Shown here: positions 48,594 through 57,713 of the stretch, in pieces
Layout of the letters: every line of letters begins with the position of its first letter
Numbering within the stretch: position 1 is the first letter of the stretch
Source: an uncultured Mycoplasmatota bacterium
Lineage (GTDB): Bacteria > Bacillota_I > Bacilli_A > RF39 > UBA660
Reading direction: 5' to 3'
Length of the DNA: 64,000 nucleotides
Assembly: GCA_947302655.1 (NCBI GenBank)
Contig: CAMYVW010000002.1
Location: forward strand, 233,537 to 297,536
Notes under the pieces: model-generated
What the model saw: only the letters and a program-made list of their open reading frames with translations
Database searches by the model: none
Told to the model about the DNA's origin: nothing
Position numbers and translations under genes: made by a program

Positions 48594-48675
48594 TAATTAC
48601 AATTAAATCAAGAAAACTAGTTAACTTCATACAACCTAGTTTTTTTATGATATAATTTACGTGTAGGTGATAAGT

Positions 48676-49152
48676 ATGGATTATCAATTAGCAAAAGTTA
48701 AATATCAAGCTAAAGATAAGTTATATAGACTTCTTGAATACTCATTATATGAAGGCTCTTTTTATATGGATAAAGATGTAAATGATGAATGTTTATTTGA
48801 ATATAAGTGGTTTGATAATTATTTTACTGATGATGATAGAGATGCCTATTTTATTAAGACTAATAATAAATATATAGGTTATGTTATGGTTAACGAAAAT
48901 TTAAAATTTAATAAGTGTGGAAAGTGTATTGCAGAGTTTTTTATTATGCCTAAGTATAGAAGAAATCATGTAGGTAAGAATGTTGCTTTTGAAATATTTG
49001 ATATGTATCAAGGAGACTGGGAAGTTCAACCTATGGAAAATAATATAAATGCATATTCTTTTTGGAGTAACATTATAAAAGAATATACCAATGGTAATTA
49101 CACCATAAAGAATGATGGTATTGAAGATGTTTTTATTTTTAAAAGCAGATAG
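48676..49152 (+). CDS. GNAT-family acetyltransferase.
   Basis: FFIMPKYRRNHVGKNVAFEIF is a motif A-like segment. Confidence 0.5.
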   Translation: MDYQLAKVKYQAKDKLYRLLEYSLYEGSFYMDKDVNDECLFEYKWFDNYFTDDDRDAYFIKTNNKYIGYVMVNENLKFNKCGKCIAEFFIMPKYRRNHVGKNVAFEIFDMYQGDWEVQPMENNINAYSFWSNIIKEYTNGNYTIKNDGIEDVFIFKSR

Positions 49153-49194
49153 TTAATTCTTTTTTATTAGTTTTATAATTTAAGGAGTCATTAT

Positions 49195-50085
49195 ATGGAA
49201 TTATTAAAAGCTAAAACAATTTTATCTAAGGTAAACTATGGTAATGATTGGTACGGTGTAGATTATAATATAAATCTTTATAGAGGATGTTCTCATGGCT
49301 GTATTTATTGTGATAGTAGAAGTAATTGCTATCACATAGATAATTTTGATGTTCCAAAAGGTAAAGAAAATGCCTTATTAATACTTGAAAAAGAATTATC
49401 TAAAAGAAATGATCATGGTGTAGTAGGAATAGGTTCTATGTCTGATACTTATAATCCTTTAGAAATAAAGCATGAACAAACAAGAGGAACTTTAAAGTTA
49501 TTATCTAAATATAATTATGGTGTATCTATCGATACTAAAAGTGATTTAATATTAAGAGACTTAGATTTACTTAAAGAAATAAATTCTAAAAATAACGTTA
49601 TTATTAAATTTACTATAACAACCCCAAATGATGAATTATCTAAAATAATTGAACCTCATGTTTGTGTATCTTCAAAAAGATTTGAAGCTATTAAAAAGTT
49701 ATCTGATAATGGTATATTTGTTGGAATAATGATGAATCCAGTTTTACCATTTATTACTGATAGTGAAGAAGATATAATAAAACTAGTTAAGTTTGCTCAT
49801 GATAGTGGTGCTAAATTTATCCATACATTTATGGGAATGACATTAAGAGAAAATCAAAGAGATTATTACTTTGAAGAACTTGATAAATATTTTAAGGGAT
49901 TAAAAGAAAAGTATATTAAGTATTATGGACAAAGTTATAATTGTGCTGTTCCTAATTATAAATCATTATATAAAGCGTTTACTAATGAGTGTGATAAATA
50001 TAAAATACTTTATAATATGAAAGATATTATAAAAACCTATAAAAAAGAGATAAAGGATGATAATGAACAAATATCATTATTTTGA
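49195..50085 (+). CDS. Radical SAM protein, SplB/COG1533 (DNA photolyase-like) family.
   Basis: NLYRGCSHGCIYCDSR carries the CxxxCxxC cluster in the context characteristic of COG1533. Confidence 0.6.
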   Translation: MELLKAKTILSKVNYGNDWYGVDYNINLYRGCSHGCIYCDSRSNCYHIDNFDVPKGKENALLILEKELSKRNDHGVVGIGSMSDTYNPLEIKHEQTRGTLKLLSKYNYGVSIDTKSDLILRDLDLLKEINSKNNVIIKFTITTPNDELSKIIEPHVCVSSKRFEAIKKLSDNGIFVGIMMNPVLPFITDSEEDIIKLVKFAHDSGAKFIHTFMGMTLRENQRDYYFEELDKYFKGLKEKYIKYYGQSYNCAVPNYKSLYKAFTNECDKYKILYNMKDIIKTYKKEIKDDNEQISLF

Positions 50086-50155
50086 TAAAATAGTTATTAA
50101 TTAATTGCAATACATAAATTAAGTATGTTAAAATATGCGGAAATGGGTGGGTTTT

Positions 50156-51178
50156 ATGAAAAAAACAAAAAGATTAAAAAAAATAGAAAATAAAAACAAT
50201 AAAAATACTTATGATGCCATAGTTGATATTGTTTCTTATACAGAAAATATTCAGTATTATTCTTATAAAAGAGAAGATTATAAAGAACTTGTTCTAAATG
50301 CACTAGTTAATAATTCTTCTTCAATTAAGTATGTTTCACCATTATCAAATGATTATGCATTTTTTTGTGAGGAAGCAGTAAAACAAGACTATCAAAATTT
50401 CCTGCTTATAAATGATAGTGTTACTAATTATAAAGAGCTTGGAATTAAAGCAATTTTAGTTAATCCTTTTGTTGTATGTGATTTACCAAAATTTTCAAAA
50501 TATTATTATTTCTTTTGGAAGCTTGCTGTATTTAATTGTTTTAGTGTTTTAATGTCAATTAAAGAAGATAATAAAGAGTTATTTTCTTTAATAGCTATAG
50601 CACTTGATAAAGAACCTAAAGCTATTTTATATGTTGACCATGAATTATCTATATACAATAATTTATGCAAGTTTGCTTATAGTAAAGATGTTGAATCTGT
50701 TGATTATATGGATATAAATTATGTAGATAAAAAACTTGCTTTAGAAATAATTAAAAGAGATCCTAAAAAAATTGATTGTTTAAATATAGATAGTCCTTAT
50801 TATAACGAAGCTTGGAGGCTTGCAGTTAGTTTAAATAGTGAATTAATAAATACTGTTTGTTTTCATAATATGGAACAAAGACTTGATTTTTTCTTAGAAT
50901 TAATTAATTCTATAAAATTAGAGAATCCTGGTATTATGAAAAGTTATAACGTTCTTAAAGCTTTATATTTTAAAAATAAACGTGATAAAGAAAAAGTTAT
51001 TAATTCATGTGATTCACCGGATGAAGAATTTTTCAAATTGCTAGGTGATTTAGATAATGACGGTAAGTTATTATATAAAAAATTATTAGAGGCACGTGAA
51101 AACTTTTATAAATCATCTAAATCAAATAGCTATATTTATTCAGAACATGAATGTCCTATTAGAGTTAAAACTAGGTAA
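50156..51178 (+). CDS. Hypothetical protein.
   Basis: ORF. The ATG at 50156 is preferred, after RBS GGGTGGG. No family recognised. Confidence 0.4.
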   Translation: MKKTKRLKKIENKNNKNTYDAIVDIVSYTENIQYYSYKREDYKELVLNALVNNSSSIKYVSPLSNDYAFFCEEAVKQDYQNFLLINDSVTNYKELGIKAILVNPFVVCDLPKFSKYYYFFWKLAVFNCFSVLMSIKEDNKELFSLIAIALDKEPKAILYVDHELSIYNNLCKFAYSKDVESVDYMDINYVDKKLALEIIKRDPKKIDCLNIDSPYYNEAWRLAVSLNSELINTVCFHNMEQRLDFFLELINSIKLENPGIMKSYNVLKALYFKNKRDKEKVINSCDSPDEEFFKLLGDLDNDGKLLYKKLLEARENFYKSSKSNSYIYSEHECPIRVKTR

Positions 51179-51228
51179 TGTTATATAACCTAGTTTTTTT
51201 ATGTTATAATTTACGTGTGGGTGATAGT

Positions 51229-51810
51229 ATGAATCTTATATTTTTAAGACATGGTGAAGCAACTGATAATGTTAAAGAACTAATCTCTGATAAAGAAATT
51301 TACTGGTCTATATTAACTGATAAAGGAATAAAAGATGTAAAAGAATCAATTGAGTTATTACCAAGTAATATAGATATAGTTTATGTTTCACCACTTCCAA
51401 GAACAATTCAAACAGCTCATTTTGTTTATGAAAAATATCCTCATTTAAACTTTTTAATAGATGATAGAATTAGAGAAATACAATATGGTAAATATTCTCA
51501 TTTTAAGAATAATGAAGAATTAGATGAAACAAGAAAAAAACAAATTGCTGGCGATTATTTAGTTAGATTTGGTGACTACGGTGAAAATAAGCTAGATATT
51601 GAAAGAAGATTATCAAATTTTTTAATTGATATATCTAAAAGTAAATATGAAAATGTATTAATTGTATCTCACGGATCAGTGATATCTTATATGAAGAGAT
51701 TATTAGATTTAAAATCTTCACATATTAAAAAAGGTGAAATAGAAATATTTAATGATGTAGATTTTAATTATTTATTAAAGTATCAAGATATTCTTGATAG
51801 ATTTAAATAG
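51229..51810 (+). CDS. Histidine phosphatase (PGAM-like) family protein.
   Basis: MNLIFLRHGEATDN is a canonical RHG catalytic N-terminus with a VSHG C-terminal His. It is preceded by the terminator-plus-TGtTATAAT module. Confidence 0.75.
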   Translation: MNLIFLRHGEATDNVKELISDKEIYWSILTDKGIKDVKESIELLPSNIDIVYVSPLPRTIQTAHFVYEKYPHLNFLIDDRIREIQYGKYSHFKNNEELDETRKKQIAGDYLVRFGDYGENKLDIERRLSNFLIDISKSKYENVLIVSHGSVISYMKRLLDLKSSHIKKGEIEIFNDVDFNYLLKYQDILDRFK

Positions 51811-51908
51811 TAAATATAATTTATAAAAAAATGTTATATATGTATAAATATTTAATATATTTGTTTCTTTTATTTTAGTGTTATTATACATTTTAAGGGA
51901 GTGGTATT

Positions 51909-52601
51909 ATGGATTTATATTTTTTAGAAGATAGAATAAAGATACGTGAGTATTCAAAGAAAGCTAAAAAAATTGCTATTAAGCTTGGAACTTGGGAAAA
52001 ATATAGAAAAGGTGAATTCTCAGGATGTAAATATCATGATATAACATTATCTAAAAATGACCCTTATGGTTTAAACATTACATATTGTTCAAGTGATGAT
52101 ATTTATATAGAGTATAATAATAAAATAGTTATGGATTCAAAACATAAAACTATTGAAAGAGGTCCATGGGAGGATGTTCTTCTTGAAACATATAATAGAT
52201 TACCAAGTATTTTAAGAGAAAAACAAGAGCAGGAACGCCTTAACGAAAGAGCCCTTAAATTTATGGAAGTACTTTATGCTATTAATAAATATATGGGTGT
52301 GGAAGTTTCTATTAGTCCTAATATAGAAGTTACTATATCATACTCTTATACGGAAGGTTATTATTCTTGCTCTATTTCTGGAAGATACTATACGATTAAA
52401 GTAGATGATAAAGTAGTTTTCTCTGCAAGTGATGGTGGATCTACAACGTATACTAAAATACACAAATATATTCCTGGTGAATGGGAAAATGATGTTAAAA
52501 GAGCTATGTATAATGGAATGAATGAATATAACAGAAAAGTAAGAGCAAATGAACAAAGGCAAGCAGAAGAATCAATTCAAAGATTAAGAAAAAAATATTA
52601 A
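51909..52601 (+). CDS. Hypothetical protein.
   Basis: ORF with RBS AAGGGAG. No family recognised. Confidence 0.4.
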   Translation: MDLYFLEDRIKIREYSKKAKKIAIKLGTWEKYRKGEFSGCKYHDITLSKNDPYGLNITYCSSDDIYIEYNNKIVMDSKHKTIERGPWEDVLLETYNRLPSILREKQEQERLNERALKFMEVLYAINKYMGVEVSISPNIEVTISYSYTEGYYSCSISGRYYTIKVDDKVVFSASDGGSTTYTKIHKYIPGEWENDVKRAMYNGMNEYNRKVRANEQRQAEESIQRLRKKY

Positions 52602-52629
52602 AAAAACTAGATTTTTTAAATCTAGTTTT

Positions 52630-53118
52630 TTAATACCCTAATTTTCCTTCTAGGCTTTCATCATTTTTTATCCATTCATCAACTTCATAGATAGTAAAAT
52701 CAGTTTTATTTTCTCTTGCAATAACTCTTTTTATACCTGCATTAATAACGAATCTTTTACAAAGCATACAAGGCGATGCACTTTTAACATATTCTCCTGT
52801 TTTATAATCTTTACCAACTAAGTATAAATCAGCGCCAATCATTTTATCTCTTGATGCAGATATGATTGCATTTTGCTCTGCATGAACGCTTCTGCATAGT
52901 TCATATCTTTCACCTCGAGCAACATTCATTTTTTCTCTTAAACAATAATTTAAATCACAGCAATTTTTTCTACCTCTTGGAGCTCCAGTATAACCAGTTG
53001 AAATGATTTCATCATTTTTTACAATAATTGCTCCAAAATTTCTTCTTAAACAAGTGCCTCTTTCTAAAGCAGCTTCTGCTATATCTAAATAATAATTAGT
53101 TTTATCTATTCTTCCCAT
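52630..53118 (-). CDS. dCMP/deoxycytidylate deaminase (ComEB-like).
   Basis: HAEQNAI and PCMLCKRFVINAGIKRV are zinc-binding CDA-fold motifs typical of dCMP deaminase. Confidence 0.8.
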   Translation of the reverse strand: MGRIDKTNYYLDIAEAALERGTCLRRNFGAIIVKNDEIISTGYTGAPRGRKNCCDLNYCLREKMNVARGERYELCRSVHAEQNAIISASRDKMIGADLYLVGKDYKTGEYVKSASPCMLCKRFVINAGIKRVIARENKTDFTIYEVDEWIKNDESLEGKLGY

Positions 53119-53213
53119 ACTATCACCATATAAATTATAATATATATTTATTTAAAAAAACAATTTCTTTTTTTAAAATTTTCTGCTATAGTATGTACCT
53201 GAAGGATGATTTT

Positions 53214-53936
53214 ATGGGTAAATTATTTGTTATTGGAGTTGGAACTGGTAATATTGATGATTTAACAGTTAAAGCTGATAGAATAATTAGAAGTTCTGAC
53301 TTTGTATATTGTGATGAAAAAATGTTTCAAAAAATGAGATTATATTATGATATTAATAAACTTATTCCAAATGATTATACCAAAACAACAACTAGATGTA
53401 TAAATGCGATTAATCAAGCTAAAGAAAGTGATTTAGTATCTATTCTAGGTAGTGGTGATACAGGAATTTATGGTATAGCAGGAATTGTTTTAGATAAAAT
53501 AGATGAAATGAATGTTAATATTGATGTTGAGATTATACCGGGAATGACATCAGCTATTTTAGGTTCATCTTTACTTGGATCACCAATAACAAAAGACTTT
53601 GCTGTTATAACTTTAAGTGATCACTTTGTAAATAAAGAAGAATTTGAACAAAAAATAAAAAATATTGCTACTTCTGATTTAAGTATTGTTTTTTATAGTC
53701 CTTCTAATCCAACTAAAGAAAATTTAATTAGAGCTAAAGAAATTTTACTTAAATATAGAGATAGTAAAACTTTAGTTGGAATAACTAATAATATTGGTAA
53801 TGATGATCAAAATATCATTATTACTAATTTAGAAGAATTTGATTTATCTTTTGTTAATTCATTATCAACAATATTTATTGGAAATAACGACACTCATTTA
53901 ACAAGGACAAGAAAAATGGTAACTAAATTATATTAA
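53214..53936 (+). CDS. Tetrapyrrole (corrin/porphyrin) methylase family protein (CbiH/CobJ-like domain).
   Basis: KLFVIGVGTGNIDDLTVKA N-terminal motif and a GDTGIYG mid motif. Confidence 0.5.
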   Translation: MGKLFVIGVGTGNIDDLTVKADRIIRSSDFVYCDEKMFQKMRLYYDINKLIPNDYTKTTTRCINAINQAKESDLVSILGSGDTGIYGIAGIVLDKIDEMNVNIDVEIIPGMTSAILGSSLLGSPITKDFAVITLSDHFVNKEEFEQKIKNIATSDLSIVFYSPSNPTKENLIRAKEILLKYRDSKTLVGITNNIGNDDQNIIITNLEEFDLSFVNSLSTIFIGNNDTHLTRTRKMVTKLY

Positions 53937-54064
53937 TAATAAGACTATAAAATTATAGTCTTTTTTTGATATAATATTAATAGAGTAGTAATTAACTCAA
54001 CTTCCAGTTCGTATAAATATTTAAATGATTATTGTATATTTATAACCAGAAAGGAGCAATTCAC

Positions 54065-54670
54065 ATGGATCAAATTAAAATAGGAAATTTTATTCAAGAA
54101 AAAAGAAAAGAAAAAAATATAACACAGTTAGAACTTGCTGAAAGACTTGGCATTACTGATAGAGCTGTATCAAAATGGGAAAATGGTATATGTTTACCTG
54201 ATGCTGGAACAATGCCTGAACTTTGCTCAATTCTTGATATTTCTATTAATGATTTATTTAGTGGAGAGGAAGTTGATATGAAAAACAATGAAAAGAAATT
54301 AGAAGAAAATTTACTTGAAATGACTAAAGCAAAAGAAGAAAGGGATAAACAACTACTTCATTTGGAATATGTAGTTGGTTTAATTTCTATTATTGTATTT
54401 ATAATATTAGTATTACTTGCATCTTATGCACCTATGAAAGATTGGGTTAGATTTGTAATTATTGGTGTAACTACAGCTGCTATTATTTTAGTTGCTTTTG
54501 TTTTACTTAAGATTGAGCAAGTTGCTGGTTATTATGAATGCAAACATTGTCATAATAAATATGTTCCAACATATTTATCTGTACAAAAAGCTATGCATTT
54601 TGGAAGAACTAGATATATGAAATGCCCAAAATGTGGTAAGAAAAGTTGGCAAAAGAAAGTATTAAAATAA
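54065..54670 (+). CDS. XRE-family HTH regulator with two TM helices and a C-terminal zinc ribbon.
   Basis: FIQEKRKEKNITQLELAERLGITDRAVSKWENG is an HTH_3 motif. TM helices lie at about aa 110-160. The C-terminus carries CKHC...CPKC. Confidence 0.65.
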   Translation: MDQIKIGNFIQEKRKEKNITQLELAERLGITDRAVSKWENGICLPDAGTMPELCSILDISINDLFSGEEVDMKNNEKKLEENLLEMTKAKEERDKQLLHLEYVVGLISIIVFIILVLLASYAPMKDWVRFVIIGVTTAAIILVAFVLLKIEQVAGYYECKHCHNKYVPTYLSVQKAMHFGRTRYMKCPKCGKKSWQKKVLK

Positions 54671-54797
54671 ATTAAAAAATAACTTAAAGATTTAAGTTAT
54701 TTTTTGATTTTTATATATATCATGTTTTCTTATATGTGGTACAATTATATATGTATAATGAATATAGATAAAAGATATTAATATGGAGGAATCATAT

Positions 54798-55427
54798 ATG
54801 AAAAGAAAAGATTTAATATTTATTATTGTCGTTTTAATTATTGTTGTTGGTTTTATTACTTTTTCTAATTTTATAGGAAGTAATAAATCTAGTAAAACAA
54901 CAAAAAAAGATAAGGTTAACTTATTAAGCGGTAAACATTATGTTCTTATTACGGTCAAAGATTATGGAGAAATTAAACTTGAACTAGATGCAGATATAGC
55001 TCCAATTACTGTAACAAATTTTATAAATCTTGTTAGTGATAAATTTTATGATGGACTTACTTTCCACAGAATTATGAAAGGTTTTATGATTCAAGGTGGT
55101 GGATATGAAGTTGATGGAACTAGAAAAAATGCTGACACTATAAAAGGGGAGTTTTTACAAAATAATGTTAAAAACACTATTTTGCACAAAAGAGGAGTTA
55201 TATCAATGGCAAGAGCTAATGATATGAACTCTGCATCTTCAGAGTTTTTTATAATGCATGAAGATGATGATTATTTAGATGGTAAATATGCAGCTTTTGG
55301 TAAGGTAATTAGTGGAATGGATGTCGTAGATAAAATTGCTAATAATGCTAAACCTACTGATAATAATGGCTCTATTTTACTTAATGAAAGACCAGTTATA
55401 AAATCAATTAGAGTTGTAGAAAATTAG
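54798..55427 (+). CDS. Peptidyl-prolyl cis-trans isomerase, cyclophilin type (membrane-anchored).
   Basis: FHRIMKGFMIQGGG and SMARANDMNSASSEFFI are cyclophilin motifs, with an N-terminal TM anchor. Confidence 0.85.
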   Translation: MKRKDLIFIIVVLIIVVGFITFSNFIGSNKSSKTTKKDKVNLLSGKHYVLITVKDYGEIKLELDADIAPITVTNFINLVSDKFYDGLTFHRIMKGFMIQGGGYEVDGTRKNADTIKGEFLQNNVKNTILHKRGVISMARANDMNSASSEFFIMHEDDDYLDGKYAAFGKVISGMDVVDKIANNAKPTDNNGSILLNERPVIKSIRVVEN

Positions 55428-55442
55428 TTTGGAGGAATATTT

Positions 55443-55853
55443 ATGGATAAAGTATTAAAAGCTGGATGTGTTGTAATTAATCCTGCGGATAAAACTGTAG
55501 CTTTAGTTTATCGTTCTAAGTTTAATGATTTTTCTTTTCCAAAAGGACATTTAGAAGAAGGAGAATCATTAATTGAATGTGCTTTAAGAGAAACAGCAGA
55601 AGAAACAAAAAGAGATGTTGAGATTTTAGATGAGAATCCTATTTATATTGAGGAATATTACACACCAAGAGATGAAGATGTAAGACTTTATTACTACCTT
55701 GCTAAAGATATAGGGCCAAGTACTAATGATTCAACTGACACTCATGATTTATATTGGATTAGTTTTGATGAAGTACTTGATAAACTTACTCATGATAGTG
55801 TTAAAGAAGTATGGAACTCTATTAAAGATAAAGTAAAGACATATTTTAATTAA
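55443..55853 (+). CDS. NUDIX hydrolase.
   Basis: Nudix box GHLEEGESLIECALRETAEETK. Confidence 0.7.
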   Translation: MDKVLKAGCVVINPADKTVALVYRSKFNDFSFPKGHLEEGESLIECALRETAEETKRDVEILDENPIYIEEYYTPRDEDVRLYYYLAKDIGPSTNDSTDTHDLYWISFDEVLDKLTHDSVKEVWNSIKDKVKTYFN

Positions 55854-55869
55854 ATTTTAGGAGATGAAA

Positions 55870-57099
55870 ATGATGAAAAAAGAAGAAAAAGAAGAGTTTA
55901 TTGATGAAGTTGGTGTAAAAAGTAAAGGTAAATTTAAATTTATTTTAATTATCATTATTCTTTTACTTATAATTGCTGGTTTAATGGTTTGGATAATTAA
56001 ATATGATGTATTAAAAAAAGATGATAAGAAAGTATCATCAAAAAGTAATGATAAAGTCATTTTAAAACATAGTAATCCTCAAACAGTTAAATCAGAAGGT
56101 GTTTATATAACTGATGTATCTGATGTAGTTGATGAAGTAATGCCATCAATTGTATCTATTACAAGTAAAACAATTATTGATTCTGGTAATTATGGCTTTT
56201 ACTTTTATGGTGGAAAGTATACAACTGAAGGCGCAGGATCTGGAATTATCGTTTCAGAAAATGAAAAAGAAATATTTATTTTAACTAATTATCATGTAGT
56301 TAAAAATACTGATGAACTATCTGTTAAATTTATTGATGATAAAAGCGTTGATGCCAAAGTAAAGGGTGTTTCAGAGAGAAATGATATTGCAATTGTTTCC
56401 GTTGAAAAATCTAAACTTGATAGCAAGACTCTTGATAGTATTAAAATTGCTACTTTAGGTAATAGTAATGAACTTAAAGTTGGTAATGGTATTATAGCTA
56501 TAGGTAATGCCCTTGGTTATGGTCAATCTGTTACAACAGGTGTTGTAAGTGCTCTTAATAGAGAAGTATCAACTGATGAAGCTAGTCAAGATATGATTCA
56601 AATAGATGCAGCTATTAATGGGGGAAACAGTGGTGGAGCTTTACTTAATAGTAAGGGAGAAGTAGTTGGCATTAATACTGCTAAGTATTCTTCTAGTTTG
56701 ACTTCATCATCTTCTGCAAGTATTGAAGGTATGGGTTTTGCTATTCCTATATCTGATGTTGAAAATTTAATTACTGATTTAATAAGTGGTAAAGATGATG
56801 AAGAAGGTCTTTTACTTGGTGTTGAAGGCTATATGACTAATTCAACTGAATTATCATCTTATGGATTTCCTACAGGGTTTTATGTTTCAGGAATAGTTAA
56901 AGGTGGTAATGCAGCTGATTCAGATCTTGAAATTGGAAACATTATTGTAAAAGCTGATGGTAAAGAAATTACTTCATTTTCTTCCTTAAAAAAAGTATTA
57001 AATAAGAAAAATAAAGGTGATACCGTTAAGCTTACAATTAAATATGTTAAAGGAAATGAATATAAAGAAAAAGATATAAATATTAAATTAGAAAAATAA
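55870..57099 (+). CDS. HtrA/DegP-family serine protease with a PDZ domain.
   Basis: Trypsin-like catalytic His (TNYHVV), Asp, and Ser in GNSGGAL. The C-terminal PDZ domain and the N-terminal TM are present. Confidence 0.8.
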   Translation: MMKKEEKEEFIDEVGVKSKGKFKFILIIIILLLIIAGLMVWIIKYDVLKKDDKKVSSKSNDKVILKHSNPQTVKSEGVYITDVSDVVDEVMPSIVSITSKTIIDSGNYGFYFYGGKYTTEGAGSGIIVSENEKEIFILTNYHVVKNTDELSVKFIDDKSVDAKVKGVSERNDIAIVSVEKSKLDSKTLDSIKIATLGNSNELKVGNGIIAIGNALGYGQSVTTGVVSALNREVSTDEASQDMIQIDAAINGGNSGGALLNSKGEVVGINTAKYSSSLTSSSSASIEGMGFAIPISDVENLITDLISGKDDEEGLLLGVEGYMTNSTELSSYGFPTGFYVSGIVKGGNAADSDLEIGNIIVKADGKEITSFSSLKKVLNKKNKGDTVKLTIKYVKGNEYKEKDINIKLEK

Positions 57100-57159
57100 A
57101 TTAAAACAAAAATTGACATAAATATTGTTATGTGTTAGAGTTTAATTGGAGGATGAGTT

Positions 57160-57645
57160 ATGGCGAAGTTTTGTGGTAAATGTGGTGCAGAAATTACTGA
57201 AGATTTTTGTACAAGTTGTGGAGCAAAAGCAAGTGAAGCAACTGCAACAGTAAACAGTGATGTTAATGAATATTTCCGTGATAAACTAATGAGCAAGAAA
57301 AGACATAATGCTTACCGTATTGCTGCTGGTGTTATTATGTTAATACTTGGATTCTTAGTTACTATTGCAGGTCTTTTATATGATGATTTAGATGTATCTA
57401 TTGCTTTTGATAATGTTGCTCTTGCATTAGTACTTCCTGGTATCTTTACTTTTGTTGGTGGACTACTTAGCATTATTAGTAAAAAAGTAAATGTATTACT
57501 TCTTTGTTCAGGAATATCTTATATATTAGCTGCTATATTTAACGCTGTTGGAATTCAAAATATTTCTTTAATATTTATTTTATGCGCAATATATGCACCA
57601 ATTAATATTGTTTACTATTTTCAAGCTGAGAAGCTAGAAAAATAA
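57160..57645 (+). CDS. Zinc-ribbon domain membrane protein.
   Basis: N-terminal CGKCGAEITEDFCTSCGA zinc ribbon followed by 4 TM segments. Confidence 0.5.
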   Translation: MAKFCGKCGAEITEDFCTSCGAKASEATATVNSDVNEYFRDKLMSKKRHNAYRIAAGVIMLILGFLVTIAGLLYDDLDVSIAFDNVALALVLPGIFTFVGGLLSIISKKVNVLLLCSGISYILAAIFNAVGIQNISLIFILCAIYAPINIVYYFQAEKLEK

Positions 57646-57713
57646 AAACAAAAAACCTATATAAATAGGTTTTTTTTATGCTATAATTTTATGGTAAAGT
57701 ATGGTGATATATC

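Noticed and set aside
38691-57700. The hairpin plus T-tract plus TGnTATAAT module as a cassette-specific repeat.
   Set aside because: The same terminator-immediately-followed-by-extended--10 arrangement also occurs outside the arrays at 7058, 7730, 9016, 15041, 19131 and 57646. It is therefore the organism's general gene-punctuation style. Only the ppdK-end-like and rbgA-start-like cores are array-specific.
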